The position numbers and the translations under genes were made by a program. A stretch of 64,000 bases of DNA from Leptogorgia sarmentosa (taxonomy: Eukaryota): NCBI GenBank assembly GCA_964658305.1, contig OZ210884.1, positions 6,076,001 to 6,140,000 of the forward strand, written 5' to 3'. The notes under the pieces were generated by a model. That model was not told the DNA's origin, searched no databases, and worked only from the letters and a program-made list of their open reading frames with translations. Shown one piece after another: positions 25,393 to 36,362 of this stretch. Within the stretch, counting starts at the first letter, position 1; every line of letters begins with the position of its first letter.

Positions 25393-26153
25393 ATCTGACT
25401 TGTTCCAATTCACACAGTAATAAATTTCGTGGTGCAAGCTACAAACTCTATAAATATTAACTATATAAATATAAACACCATGCAAACATTCAAAGAATTA
25501 ATGAGTTACGTCGTGAGCAGAACAGAAACGATTTGTTGAATACATACTCAGAACTGCACGTATATCAGAAAATTGACTTTAAGAACGGAGGAGTTTGTCG
25601 GTTACATTCCATAATGGTAACTTAAATCAGCAGATTCCAAGCTTTCGTGTGAGTTGAACATGGCCTCAAACTGGACGTCCCAACGGATAACATGCTTTAA
25701 CAGTATGCGTGCCATATTCCAGAACGAATTTCATTTGCGATGTGAAGAATTCCAGACGAGACTTGCCTTAACTGCAACTCCATGAGTTGGAGGTGATGTT
25801 CCTCAAAGCAAATGTTGTTGATCAAAATAGGGTTGTTGATCAAACGCTTACATCGTCGTGTTTTTATATAAACTGTCATATGAGATTTTTCATTGTGGTT
25901 CGAGAACAATGTTACAGCTTTTTTAAAAAAAAGTTGGACAATAAAACATAAGGACATGAACTAGTTGTTAAAGATTATTTCATGCCAAGTTTGAAGTTCA
26001 TTGGAATGACTTGACAATGAGGATTCTTGTGTGTTGCGTACCTTGATTCGACAGAAATGCGTGTAAATGGCAACAATCCGTACAAATTAATACTTGTGTT
26101 ATCTCCAACCAAATACTGGATGCGTATCGTATACGCGCTGATAGGATTGCAAA

Positions 26154-26773
26154 CATTTGTCGCGTGTCTCATCAACAGCGATGGAGACTGACTGGTTGTG
26201 AGTCGAGGAATTCTCGGAAAGTTGGTATTAAACAATGTAACTGGTTCTCAATGCTACTAAAGAAAACGAATTTCACCGTTACTTTGCCATTGCGAAAGAT
26301 TCAGAACTACACAGGTCTTGTTTCTAGAACTGTCAAGCACCTTGAGAAATACTCGTAAGATGATGTATGAACGTATATTTGGTGAAATATAATAAATCTC
26401 TGAAACTGACACAGATTGAGGACAAGTGATTGAGTTTGAAAAGTAAAAGTAGTTTACGAGATCCATTTGTTGCGTGTCTCATCAACAGCGATGGAGACTT
26501 TGACTGGTTGTGAGTCGAGGAATTCTCGGAAAGTTGGTATTAAACAATGTAACTGGTTCTCAATTCTACTAAAGAAAACGAATTTCACCGTACTTTGTCA
26601 TCACCAAAGGTTCAGAACTACACAGGTCTTGTTTCTAGAACTATCAAGCACCTTGAGAAATCCCGTAAGATCATGTATGAACGTATGTGGTGAAATATAA
26701 TAAATCTCTGAAACTGACACACAGATTGAGGACAAGTGATTAGTTTGAAAAGTAAAAGTCGTTTACGAGATCC
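26154..26773 (+). repeat. Two tandem ~310-bp direct repeats (also 37154-37780 in unit 2)
   Basis: CATTTGTxGCGTGTCTCATCAACAGCGATGGAGACT...GAAAAGTAAAAGT..TTTACGAGATCC occurs twice head to tail. Confidence 0.85.
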
Positions 26774-27937
26774 GACTTTCTGGTGCGATAATCAACCCAC
26801 GGATGTATGATAATGTTTGGCAAGTCGACGTCATTGGTCGAAAATGTATTACTGGAATATGTTATACTAAACAATACGGAACACATGGGGCTCTGATGAA
26901 ATATTTATTTCTACTTAAATTCTTCATGCAAGGTGGTGTGTGGACTATTGCATGTTTGTGTTAAGGAGATCGCTATTCAAACACTTGGACTGCGTGTGAA
27001 CAAATGGATGGAGTGGGAGAAATGTGGAAATGTTTAAGGAAAAAGAAGGTTGTGGCAAATTGACAAGAAGAAACATCTGCGCAGTGCATGTATGTGTTCA
27101 ACTTTCCTCGACAAAAATAAGACGTTTTTTAACATTCGAAAAGCCAAAAGGGAAAGACTAAAAGTACCCCTATCGTCAAAATTTCGATCATGTGATTCAT
27201 ATTTGGTAAAACACAACAAGTTCCTTTCCAATTTATTTTACTATGTTTGAGATCTAAATTCAACCCCGACATTGCGTCACACATGTATGATGATTTGTGA
27301 GAGAAAGTGGAATACGTAAAAATTATTCACATTTGGTTTTATTCAAAGCCGACACAATTTTCTCTTTTACAAATTGTTTTTTTTTTATTCGAACAAGATT
27401 CCAATTGCTAATTACTAAGCACGCGTGACGTCATGTAAGGTGCATTTAAACTAAGTACCAGAACTCTAAAAATGAGGCCAAGAAGCCAAAATTTGAAATT
27501 GTTGTTACTTTGCTATATTAAATGTTCTTTCGAAAGAAACACCGAGAATTTTGGCGTTAGGGGAACTTAAAGTGAAATATTACGATATTTTTGCCTTTGC
27601 GTATAATGATATACATGCATGGAATATGATAATGTTGTGAAAAGTGTGTTGACGTAAACTTCTTTATGATTTTTTTCAAACTTCAAAAATCTTGTTTTTA
27701 TGCTATAAAAAATATTAATTAATTGTTTCAGGTATTACGACAGTATTGACGCAATCTTTCTTGTTTAATCGTTCATGTTATTCGACTATTATAGTTGTGA
27801 ATATTTTAGATTTTCTATCTGTAGATATTTTAGGAAATGTAAAATACAATTTTTGTTTTCAAATATGATGTTCAAATTTGTTTTGAAGTTTTGACCACCT
27901 AACCCGCGAACGGACATGTTGTGGGATCAGGTTAGTT

Positions 27938-28113
27938 TACAGTAGAATTCCGCTATCTCGCGAACTCGGTTTTATCGAATCGCGCATTATCTGGAACTGA
28001 AATGCCTTGAAATTCGTAGTACATTTATATCAACCATCGCTATGTCGCACCCCTGCTATCTCGAGCAAATTTTCGTTGTCCTTGAGAGTTCGAGATAGCG
28101 GGATTCTACTGTA
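27938..28113. mobile_element. Tc1/mariner (pogo/Tigger-like) MITE with TA TSD (second copy 38948-39116)
   Basis: TA-CAGTAGAATTCCGCTATCTCG ... CGAGATAGCGGGATTCTACTG-TA. Confidence 0.8.
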
Positions 28114-31100
28114 GCTATGTTCATCTTTTAGCACTGATTTGTTTCGGTTGTTTTTGAGTCCACGCGTTGTCAAGATCAAAGCAAGATTAAGAGTCATTAT
28201 TCAATATCGACAAAACTTTTCTACAGCAAATAATATTTGTCTGTATATTCTCAATACTTATACAAAGAGAAACACCTGGTCGTCAACTTTCGCAAGCGCA
28301 TGCATACTAATTGTCGCTTTGTGCCTTGAGGAAGTGAACAAGTTTGATTGGATTTTATCGGTTACTGAAATAATGAACTCCATACAGTAACTGTGTTCCC
28401 TTTTTGAAGCCCAGCAATACAGTAGTTGGCAAACACGTTTACACACGTATTCTTTCTAGCTTAATCTTTTCATTAAAAAGCTAAAAAGCTCCTGGGTATG
28501 AGGCTGAGTTTGAATGAGCAAAAAGTGAATGTGATTAAGCGCTGATGTCGTCATGCAGCGTTTGTTGCCAGCCAATCAAGTCCTTGCTTATTTCTCCGTT
28601 CGCAAACGATTTGCCTGCTGGAAAACAGGCTTTATACACCGACACAAGGGAAACCTGAAACGCACAATGCATATTGAAGCAGTTGTACTTCGAAACCTTG
28701 TTTACCTAAAACAAGTGAACGTTCAGTGTCAAAATTAAAGCTTGTTTTCTTTAAAACCGATGATCATGATCGATCGAAATGAATCTAATTCTTACAAGAT
28801 GGCTAGTTTGATAAAAATATTAATAATATAATTCAGTATTTACTGAATAATACCTGACTAACTTGAATTCATAAATGGTACCTTAGCTAAGTAAATTGTC
28901 TTCACGAATTGAGTAAATTTTGCTGACCCGCGAAAAGAGGTGGATTGGTGGGTTACATAGAAGCCTGAATCCATTTCCAGGCGATAATTTTAAAGTATAA
29001 AAAGAAACATACTCCGAATAAAAGATCCATCTTGAACTTTGATGATGAATTTGTAATAAATTCCAAATATCACTGCTATAATTGTCTCCTCTTGCTTTTC
29101 ACAAATATTGAGTTCAAAATGGACCTTTTATTCGGAGTATGTTTGTTTTTATAAGGGCCTGTTCTGTTTATATGAGAAGTTATCCCATTCGGCGAGAGAA
29201 CATTTCGACAAGTTTACAAGAGTGGTCTCACCTAGTTATGGAAATTATATTGCGTTCATACGAGACGAAGTGTTTTTTTCGGGTACTGAGATCGATCACC
29301 AAAAACATGCAAGTATGAACCAAGGGTATATAGTCTTAGAATACTAACTGGAAGGGAAAGGTGATCTTTGACAAATTATTGTTTTGTTACATAAATATAT
29401 TCACGCATGGAGCTACATGGAGAGTTATTGGAAAACGATTCCAGATATATTAACAAGCATACGGCCAGGGTTAAACATAGTGAAGAATCTAAAACGCTGT
29501 CTGACCAAATATTAAATTTTATTTCTGAGCTTTCGGTTAGCAGTCTGTAACCTTCAACGAATAGATGTCAAAATTTCAGTATCATCTATCCGTTGAAGGT
29601 TACAGACTGGTAACCGAAAGCTCATAAATAAAATTTAATATTTGTTCATATCAGAGAGCGCTTTAGATTCTTCACTAAATATAAGTGTAACCCTAACCCT
29701 AGCTCAGGGATCATACCATTACAAAATTACCCATCAGCCACTTTGCGCAATGCGCCTCCTACAATATACATATACTGAGTGATTGAGACTACACAAAAAC
29801 GCAAAAAGGTATAAATTATAAACCGTGCTTCTATTAAAGAAATCACTGAAGATATGTTTAGTTGATCAAGTATGTATCTTTCTATTAAATTACAGTAAGC
29901 TATGTTCCTAACCACCTAAGTAATTCGTAAATGTATATATCCAACGGGAAACCGCTATGCATGCGATTGATGTGAAGACTAGTTCAATTGTTCAATTTAG
30001 TTTCTTCCATATTGAATGGTTCCAAACACGAAACATTGCGATCAAAACCTCTGGATCAAAACTAGCATTTTGGATTGCTGATGATGTTAAAAAATTAATT
30101 GGCTGGGCAACGATTTGTATTTCGAATTGTCGCTAGAAATTGCTTGTTTGGCAGACTTGCGTCAAACGTCTTTGTACAAAATGCCTGTGAATGTAATTAT
30201 GCAAAGACAGCTGTATAAAATGCAGGCATTTACGCCTAGTTTGTGATCTCTTATGTAACGTTTTATCAGCTTACAGCTATATCTAATTTCTGACTTTTTG
30301 CCTTGATCCTAATTTAAATTGAGGCCTCGTGCTGGTCTCAGAACAAAAGTACAAGTATTTTTCAACAGGAAATACAACACAATCCATAAGATATAGCCAG
30401 TGTAGGTATAGTACCGTAATATAACAACATCAACTGCAACAAAAGATCGGACGTTTTAAGCAAAGATTAACGACAAACAGCTCCAAATGCTGAATATTTT
30501 TGCAGTGTTTGGCTAGGTAGTGAGAAGAACAATTCTTGGTGTTGATTTTTGTCTCTTGCTCACCTATATAAATTTGATATTTATAAACAATTGAGCATTT
30601 AAATTGGCATATACCACAATAACCAAATAATTAACTTAAAGTAACCTGCAAGGTGCAGCACTTCAAATTTTTTTTATCACCCTGGGGAAGGGTGGACTGT
30701 GCAGGAATTTTATTTCTATTGCCCAGCCTGAGAAAAATTTCCTCTCAAAATATTACTAGCATTTCCTACAATAACAGTTTAATTATGCACCAGGAGCAAG
30801 TAAATAAGATGTCTTGTAGGTAGGAATTGACTTATAAAATAATCTGCTGTAATGGCCAGTGGCCGAAGTGCATAAAAATCAGTAACAATTCATACCTACC
30901 TGTCTAATATCATGCTGTGACCTACAGTATAATGTAGTATTTCATACCTGGTACGGTCAAAGGATTGGGACCACTGACCCCACAACAAAAAAGTTCTTGG
31001 TGCCAAAAGTGTAGTGCTAGCCCAGCACCATAATTTGCTGTGTTGGTATAATTTGTTTGTGACACATGGAGTTTTAGTGCATTTGATAAACTTCAATTCT

Positions 31101-31200
31101 ACTGTATAGTGTATTCTCATGAGTCCCAGTGCTTCTTGGTACTTGTCAGATAACTTATAATTATTTCTGATGTGCCTTTTCATACATTTTAAAGGGAAAT

Positions 31201-34200
31201 ATGGCATCAGTCCTTGACAGCTCAGATGAAAAAACCAATGGCTTTAAGTTGATGAGACTGATAGTAGATGGTGGAACAGAAGCATTGAGAAACGAATTTA
31301 GAAAACATCATCCAGGAGATTTACAGGTTGTATTAGCACATAATCAATCCAGTCTTCTTAAACTTCATCCAAAAATAATCAATGATCACCAGTGGGATGA
31401 ATTATATCCACCCACTGGTAATCCACCAAGTATTAATAATTTTGACATCACTTTACTCTCTATTCTTCTGAGAAAGATATGTAGTTTATCATGTCCTCCT
31501 TCTGGTTGGAATGATATGCCAAACGTCATAGATCTTTCTCCTGAAGCAGATATTGTTCGCATTAAGCGATTTCGTAATAAGCTCTTTGCACATATTTCAA
31601 ATACATCCGTTACCACAGCAGACTTTGCGAAATTCTGGGCAGAAATAAGTTCAGCTTTGGTTCGTTTAGGAGTAGATCAGAAAGAAATAAATAGACTAGA
31701 AAATGAGCAGGGTGGTGAGGAGGAAGTGAAGCGAGTGCTGAAGGAATGGGAGAAAATTACCATTACTTTGAAAGAAAATCTGAATGTTTCAAAAGAAATT
31801 CTTGATATTTCAACAGAAAGTCAGGATATTTCGAAGAAAAATCTTGACATTTCGAAAGAAAATCAGGATTGTTTGAAAGAAGTTGTGGATGTTGGGAATG
31901 AAATAAAAAGTGATGTGAAAACACTTGTTAAAGAATACGTAGAATCTCGTTCTGACGGCGTTCTGAACCAAAATCTTCTTCGGTGCAATTTTCAGAAAGA
32001 GATCGAATTATATTCTGAGAAATTTACCCAAGGCACTCGGGAATGGGTGTTTGAGAAATTTTTGAGCTGGTTTAATGACGACAGTTCCGAAAATCGTGCG
32101 TTCATCATCTCCGGCCTTGCTGGAATGGGTAAATCCGTAATTGCAGCTGTTATTTGTAAAAGGTTTGCTAAGTTTGTAGGTGCGTCTCATTTCTTTCAGT
32201 ACAACAACGATCATTATAATGACCCGAAAATCCTCCTCCAATCTTTAGCTTGGCAGCTATGTCAAATTCTTCCTGCTTACAAGCAATCTTTAATCAAAAC
32301 CCTTTCTGGGAAACTTGGAGAGTCCTTGAATTCTATGCAGAATATTGAAGCATTATTCTCCATTCTTTTCAAAGAGCCATTTTCAGGTATTACTAATCCT
32401 GGAAAAAGTATATTGATTGTACTGGACGCCTTGGATGAAACACGTGTGCATCGTGAAAGACGTGAGCTTGCTGATTTGATCTCCAATCACTTGCACAAAC
32501 TTCCTTGTTTTATTCGTTTTCTTATTACCACAAGGCCGGAGAAAGACCTTATTGATAAATTTGAACGACTGAACCCCTTGGTTATTGAACGAAACGATGA
32601 AAAAAACTTGGCTGACCTCAAACTGGTGATTAAAGAGAAAATATCTGAGGCGTATTCTCCATCGGAAACTCTGTTAGATAGTTTAGCTAAAAGATGTGAT
32701 GGTTCAATGCTGTTTGCGTTTTTTCTTTTGCAAGAACACAATTATGATGAAGCTTCGGCATTTTGCATGGATAGTTTGCCAAAAGGTATTGAGGAGCATT
32801 ATGAAAGGTATTTTTGCAGATTAGAAAAGGAATTGAATCTTTTGGGAATTACAGAAGATGAATTTCATTCTTTGTTGGGTGTTCTTGCTGTAGTTAGGGA
32901 GCCCTTGCCTGAAGCTTTTCTTGAAACCTTGTGTGGTTCTGAGAATTCGAAAAGGCAAATGCAAAAGGTTAGAAAAGCGATCTCATCGCTTCTTGTCGTT
33001 AACGAAGACAAGTCTATTTCGTTCTTCCATAAATCTTTGAGAGACTGGCTTGTTGATAAAACCGAACACGATTACTGCGTTGATGTGCAAGATGCTAACA
33101 GAAGTATTTTCAAATTATGTATTAAGAAATTGGATGAATTGAAGGAAAGAGGTGTTGTGGATGTAGCCAAAATGACTACAGCAATCAAATATTCACTGAA
33201 ATATTTTTTATCCCACATGCTAGCAGTTGATGACCCGGGTGAGCTCGATCATTTAGTGAGCAATTACGTTGCAGATTTGGAGGTCATGTTCGCAGGTGTT
33301 TGTGTAAATGTAGATGTCACCCTAAATAATATCTTTGACCTCATAAATCATTGCAAATACAATGATGTTTCTGAAAACACGCGAGGGAAGTTGGAACGTT
33401 TGTTTTCCCTGATTAAAAGAACTTCCCATTTGTTAAGAAACTATCCCCGAACTTTTCTACAAAATGTCGTGAACGAATTTGGAGAGGAGCTTTCGTCAGA
33501 AGCGTCATCTTTACTTAAAACACGCTACAAGAACATTGTTTATTTGGAATTTCGTGACATAGATCGAAAGAATGACGCTCTTGAATTTCGTTGTCTTTTG
33601 TCTGGCAGAATATTAGGAATCGATATATCACCTAATCATGATTTCGTTGTCTGTTGTTATGAAGAAGGTGGGATTGAACTCTTTTCTTTAGCAACAGGTA
33701 GGTCAGAGTGGAGAATGGATGATTTTAAGATTGAACTTCCTACTTTGCCAATCCGTAGCTCTATGTTGCGCCATTGTATAGTTTTTCACCCTCGCGAAAA
33801 CTTAATCCTTCCTGGTACACTCGACAATGCGATAACTGTGGAAAAAGCATCTAGCATAGGGCCATTCGAATGTGACCAGACTTGTTCTAAGTTCACAAAT
33901 TGTTGTTTTTCCTCGGATAAAACGAAAATGGTCACCAATTATGGTTATAGTTTAATTGTTTGGAATGTTCCAAGCGGCAAGAAGGAACGATGTCTTGACT
34001 GTAAACTGCTCTCATCTTTTTCTTTCACCGAGAGTGGCAGTTTTTTGGGCACAGTTGATATTGATAATGTTTTTAGTGTCTATGACGTAACGAATGACTA
34101 CAAGCTTAGTGTACTGCCAATTAATCAATTTCCGGTGGAAATTTTCATTCAACTTCCAGTGGACATTGTTGCCACTTTTAAACAAAACTCTTGGTGTTGT

Positions 34201-35385
34201 TTTTATCAACATCAAGTAATAGTTTTGAATCATAATCTCACCAGAACCTCACTACCTAGTCTTGCTAGTGCCATGGATATAATTCTACCAAGCTTTCTTT
34301 ATTCCCAAGAGCTCGAATCTTTTTTGCAGCATGGAAACCCATCATGGTTTTTAAAAGTAAAGAAAATTCTGAATCATACCTTCGGTTGGTCTTCCTATAT
34401 TGCACTTAGGTATATCTTAATTGGAGATCAACGTGTACTCATCTACTCTTGCAGTTCGAACGCCATGCACGTGTTTAGCCTGAAGAGTTTGAAAGATTCA
34501 CAGGAAAAGCCAGAGAACTTGAAAGGTGTTTTTTCCAACATTTCAAGAAATGGCAATTTTGTATATCTTAATAACACTTTGAGGCGGAGATTCACAATCC
34601 GTAATCTTGATTTAAATAAAAGTCGGCTATTCGAAGATTGGCAAGATTCACGGCAATTAGATATTCCAGTTGTGAAGGACGGTGTTATTTTATATGATAA
34701 AAATTCCTGTCCTGAGCTCTGGAATAGTGATTTATCACAACGTCTTGCAAGCTTTCATCAACTTATTGGTTGGCAGCAGTGTTTGTCAGTATCTGATGAA
34801 TTGATAGCTTGTGTGTACCAGTCCCATGTCATCTTTTTCAATGTTTTCACTAAAGAAATAGAAAGCACAACGGACTTTAAGGAAGAGGTTGAGGCAGTGA
34901 TGGCATGCAGCATCAGGTATGATGTTCTTGCGCAGATTAAATCCAGTAGCATTTCCTTATGGATAAAGGGAACAAGGGTAGATAGCTGGGAAGATATGTT
35001 TGATAAGTATACGTCACTAAGGTCGAAATGCATTACATTTGCCGAATTTTCTCCTGATGGACATACACTAGCATTTTTTAGTGCACAAATCAACAAAATA
35101 TTTATATTTGACATCAACTCGATGAAATTTTTATCTCAGATCCCTATTTATGGACCAAGTAACGACCTTCTCCGATTCAAATTTTTCGATAACGAAAATT
35201 TAGTATGTGGCTCAACTGATCATACTTTGTACCTAATTGACGTGGATAGTGGTGAAATACTAACTTGTGTAGATTTTGGCGATATTCCAGCACCAATCGC
35301 TGTAAGTCATGAAAAGGGCATTGTGTTTGTTGGTCTTGATTGTTCGGAACGTTTTGCATTAATCAAAGTTCATTTGTCTCGCTAA
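31201..35385 (+). CDS. HEPN(DZIP3-like)-coiled coil-NACHT/STAND NTPase-beta-propeller protein, copy B (1394 aa, single coding exon)
   Basis: Same motifs as copy A (RNKLFAH 31573-31593, GLAGMGKS, ILIVLDALDE); intact ORF; longer heptad linker and diverged C-terminus. Confidence 0.88.
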   Translation: MASVLDSSDEKTNGFKLMRLIVDGGTEALRNEFRKHHPGDLQVVLAHNQSSLLKLHPKIINDHQWDELYPPTGNPPSINNFDITLLSILLRKICSLSCPPSGWNDMPNVIDLSPEADIVRIKRFRNKLFAHISNTSVTTADFAKFWAEISSALVRLGVDQKEINRLENEQGGEEEVKRVLKEWEKITITLKENLNVSKEILDISTESQDISKKNLDISKENQDCLKEVVDVGNEIKSDVKTLVKEYVESRSDGVLNQNLLRCNFQKEIELYSEKFTQGTREWVFEKFLSWFNDDSSENRAFIISGLAGMGKSVIAAVICKRFAKFVGASHFFQYNNDHYNDPKILLQSLAWQLCQILPAYKQSLIKTLSGKLGESLNSMQNIEALFSILFKEPFSGITNPGKSILIVLDALDETRVHRERRELADLISNHLHKLPCFIRFLITTRPEKDLIDKFERLNPLVIERNDEKNLADLKLVIKEKISEAYSPSETLLDSLAKRCDGSMLFAFFLLQEHNYDEASAFCMDSLPKGIEEHYERYFCRLEKELNLLGITEDEFHSLLGVLAVVREPLPEAFLETLCGSENSKRQMQKVRKAISSLLVVNEDKSISFFHKSLRDWLVDKTEHDYCVDVQDANRSIFKLCIKKLDELKERGVVDVAKMTTAIKYSLKYFLSHMLAVDDPGELDHLVSNYVADLEVMFAGVCVNVDVTLNNIFDLINHCKYNDVSENTRGKLERLFSLIKRTSHLLRNYPRTFLQNVVNEFGEELSSEASSLLKTRYKNIVYLEFRDIDRKNDALEFRCLLSGRILGIDISPNHDFVVCCYEEGGIELFSLATGRSEWRMDDFKIELPTLPIRSSMLRHCIVFHPRENLILPGTLDNAITVEKASSIGPFECDQTCSKFTNCCFSSDKTKMVTNYGYSLIVWNVPSGKKERCLDCKLLSSFSFTESGSFLGTVDIDNVFSVYDVTNDYKLSVLPINQFPVEIFIQLPVDIVATFKQNSWCCFYQHQVIVLNHNLTRTSLPSLASAMDIILPSFLYSQELESFLQHGNPSWFLKVKKILNHTFGWSSYIALRYILIGDQRVLIYSCSSNAMHVFSLKSLKDSQEKPENLKGVFSNISRNGNFVYLNNTLRRRFTIRNLDLNKSRLFEDWQDSRQLDIPVVKDGVILYDKNSCPELWNSDLSQRLASFHQLIGWQQCLSVSDELIACVYQSHVIFFNVFTKEIESTTDFKEEVEAVMACSIRYDVLAQIKSSSISLWIKGTRVDSWEDMFDKYTSLRSKCITFAEFSPDGHTLAFFSAQINKIFIFDINSMKFLSQIPIYGPSNDLLRFKFFDNENLVCGSTDHTLYLIDVDSGEILTCVDFGDIPAPIAVSHEKGIVFVGLDCSERFALIKVHLSR

Positions 35386-36309
35386 CTTTAGCTGTGTCAC
35401 TAAATACGCTGGTTGTGTTAATTTTGAACAAAGGTCTTGGAGTCAAGAATGAATGCTGACGAGTAATCTTAAAGGCACTGTTGATTAGCATGAATTTCCA
35501 ATTGGTAAGTATTGACATTCCAGATGAATTGCCTTCGCTCAAAACATTGAATCTTATTCCATGGTGTGGGTAGCGAAAATATGTACGACGTAATATGCCT
35601 CCCTTCTCTCTCTAATTGCTTTACGTAATTTACTAATGAGAGCGAGGCCAGAAAGTTCTCGTGACGTACAGTTATCGAACAAGTGTACTGATAATTACAC
35701 AGCTATTTCAAAACAGGTTGTCCTTCAACATTCTATTCAGACTCGAGGCTCTATATAACCAACGCCCATCATCGCCTTCGCGCTTAGAGTTTAAAGTTGA
35801 TAATTTTTGAAGGACAACCTATTCAATAGCTATATAAATGGACATGCGATATGTGTTTCATAAACTACAATTGCGGCAAATCGTTTCATCTATATTTCAG
35901 ATATATTTTCAAATAAAAATAAAATACAAAAATTCCAAACGTTTTTAAGAACTTTTTTTAAGAACTAAATTTGCAAAACCCACAAGTAAACATAAGTAAA
36001 ACATTTTTTGGCAAAGACTAAAAGTGAAAGTTGTAAATCGAATCGCCATACGATGAATAGTTTACCAATTATAATTAATTACTTCTCGAAAAAGTCTAAT
36101 TAATTGTAATTGGGGGTCAATTACAATTTAAAAACAAGCAGTTTATTATAATAATTGCCAGAACTAATGTAATAAGTATTGCTTAAGTATTACATTTGTT
36201 AAAATAATATATATTTGAGTGGACAAAAGATTTCAGAATAGTTAACGTAATAGCTGAGTTGAACTTATTTATAGAGTTTGACAGTTTGTAGTTTACACCA
36301 CGTAATTTT

Positions 36310-36362
36310 ATTATCGCAAAACTTTCGATCCGTAAGCCCGGATCTTCATCAGTGCCAATAAT
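36310..36362 (-). ncRNA. Penelope-type minimal hammerhead ribozyme (unit 2 copy)
   Basis: Minus strand ATTATTGGCA-CTGATGA-A-GATCCG-GGCTTA-CGGATC-GAAA-GTTT-TGCGATAAT. Confidence 0.62.

Larger units (their letters stand above)
18254..28680 (+). repeat. Tandem segmental duplication, unit 1
   Basis: Colinear with 28996-40383 from TATAAAAAGAAACATACTCCG to GCACAATGCATATTGAAGC. Confidence 0.92.

Noticed and set aside
29688..29701. TAACCCTAACCCTA telomere-like sequence in unit 2 only
   Set aside because: Only two units; too short to call a telomere-healing scar.
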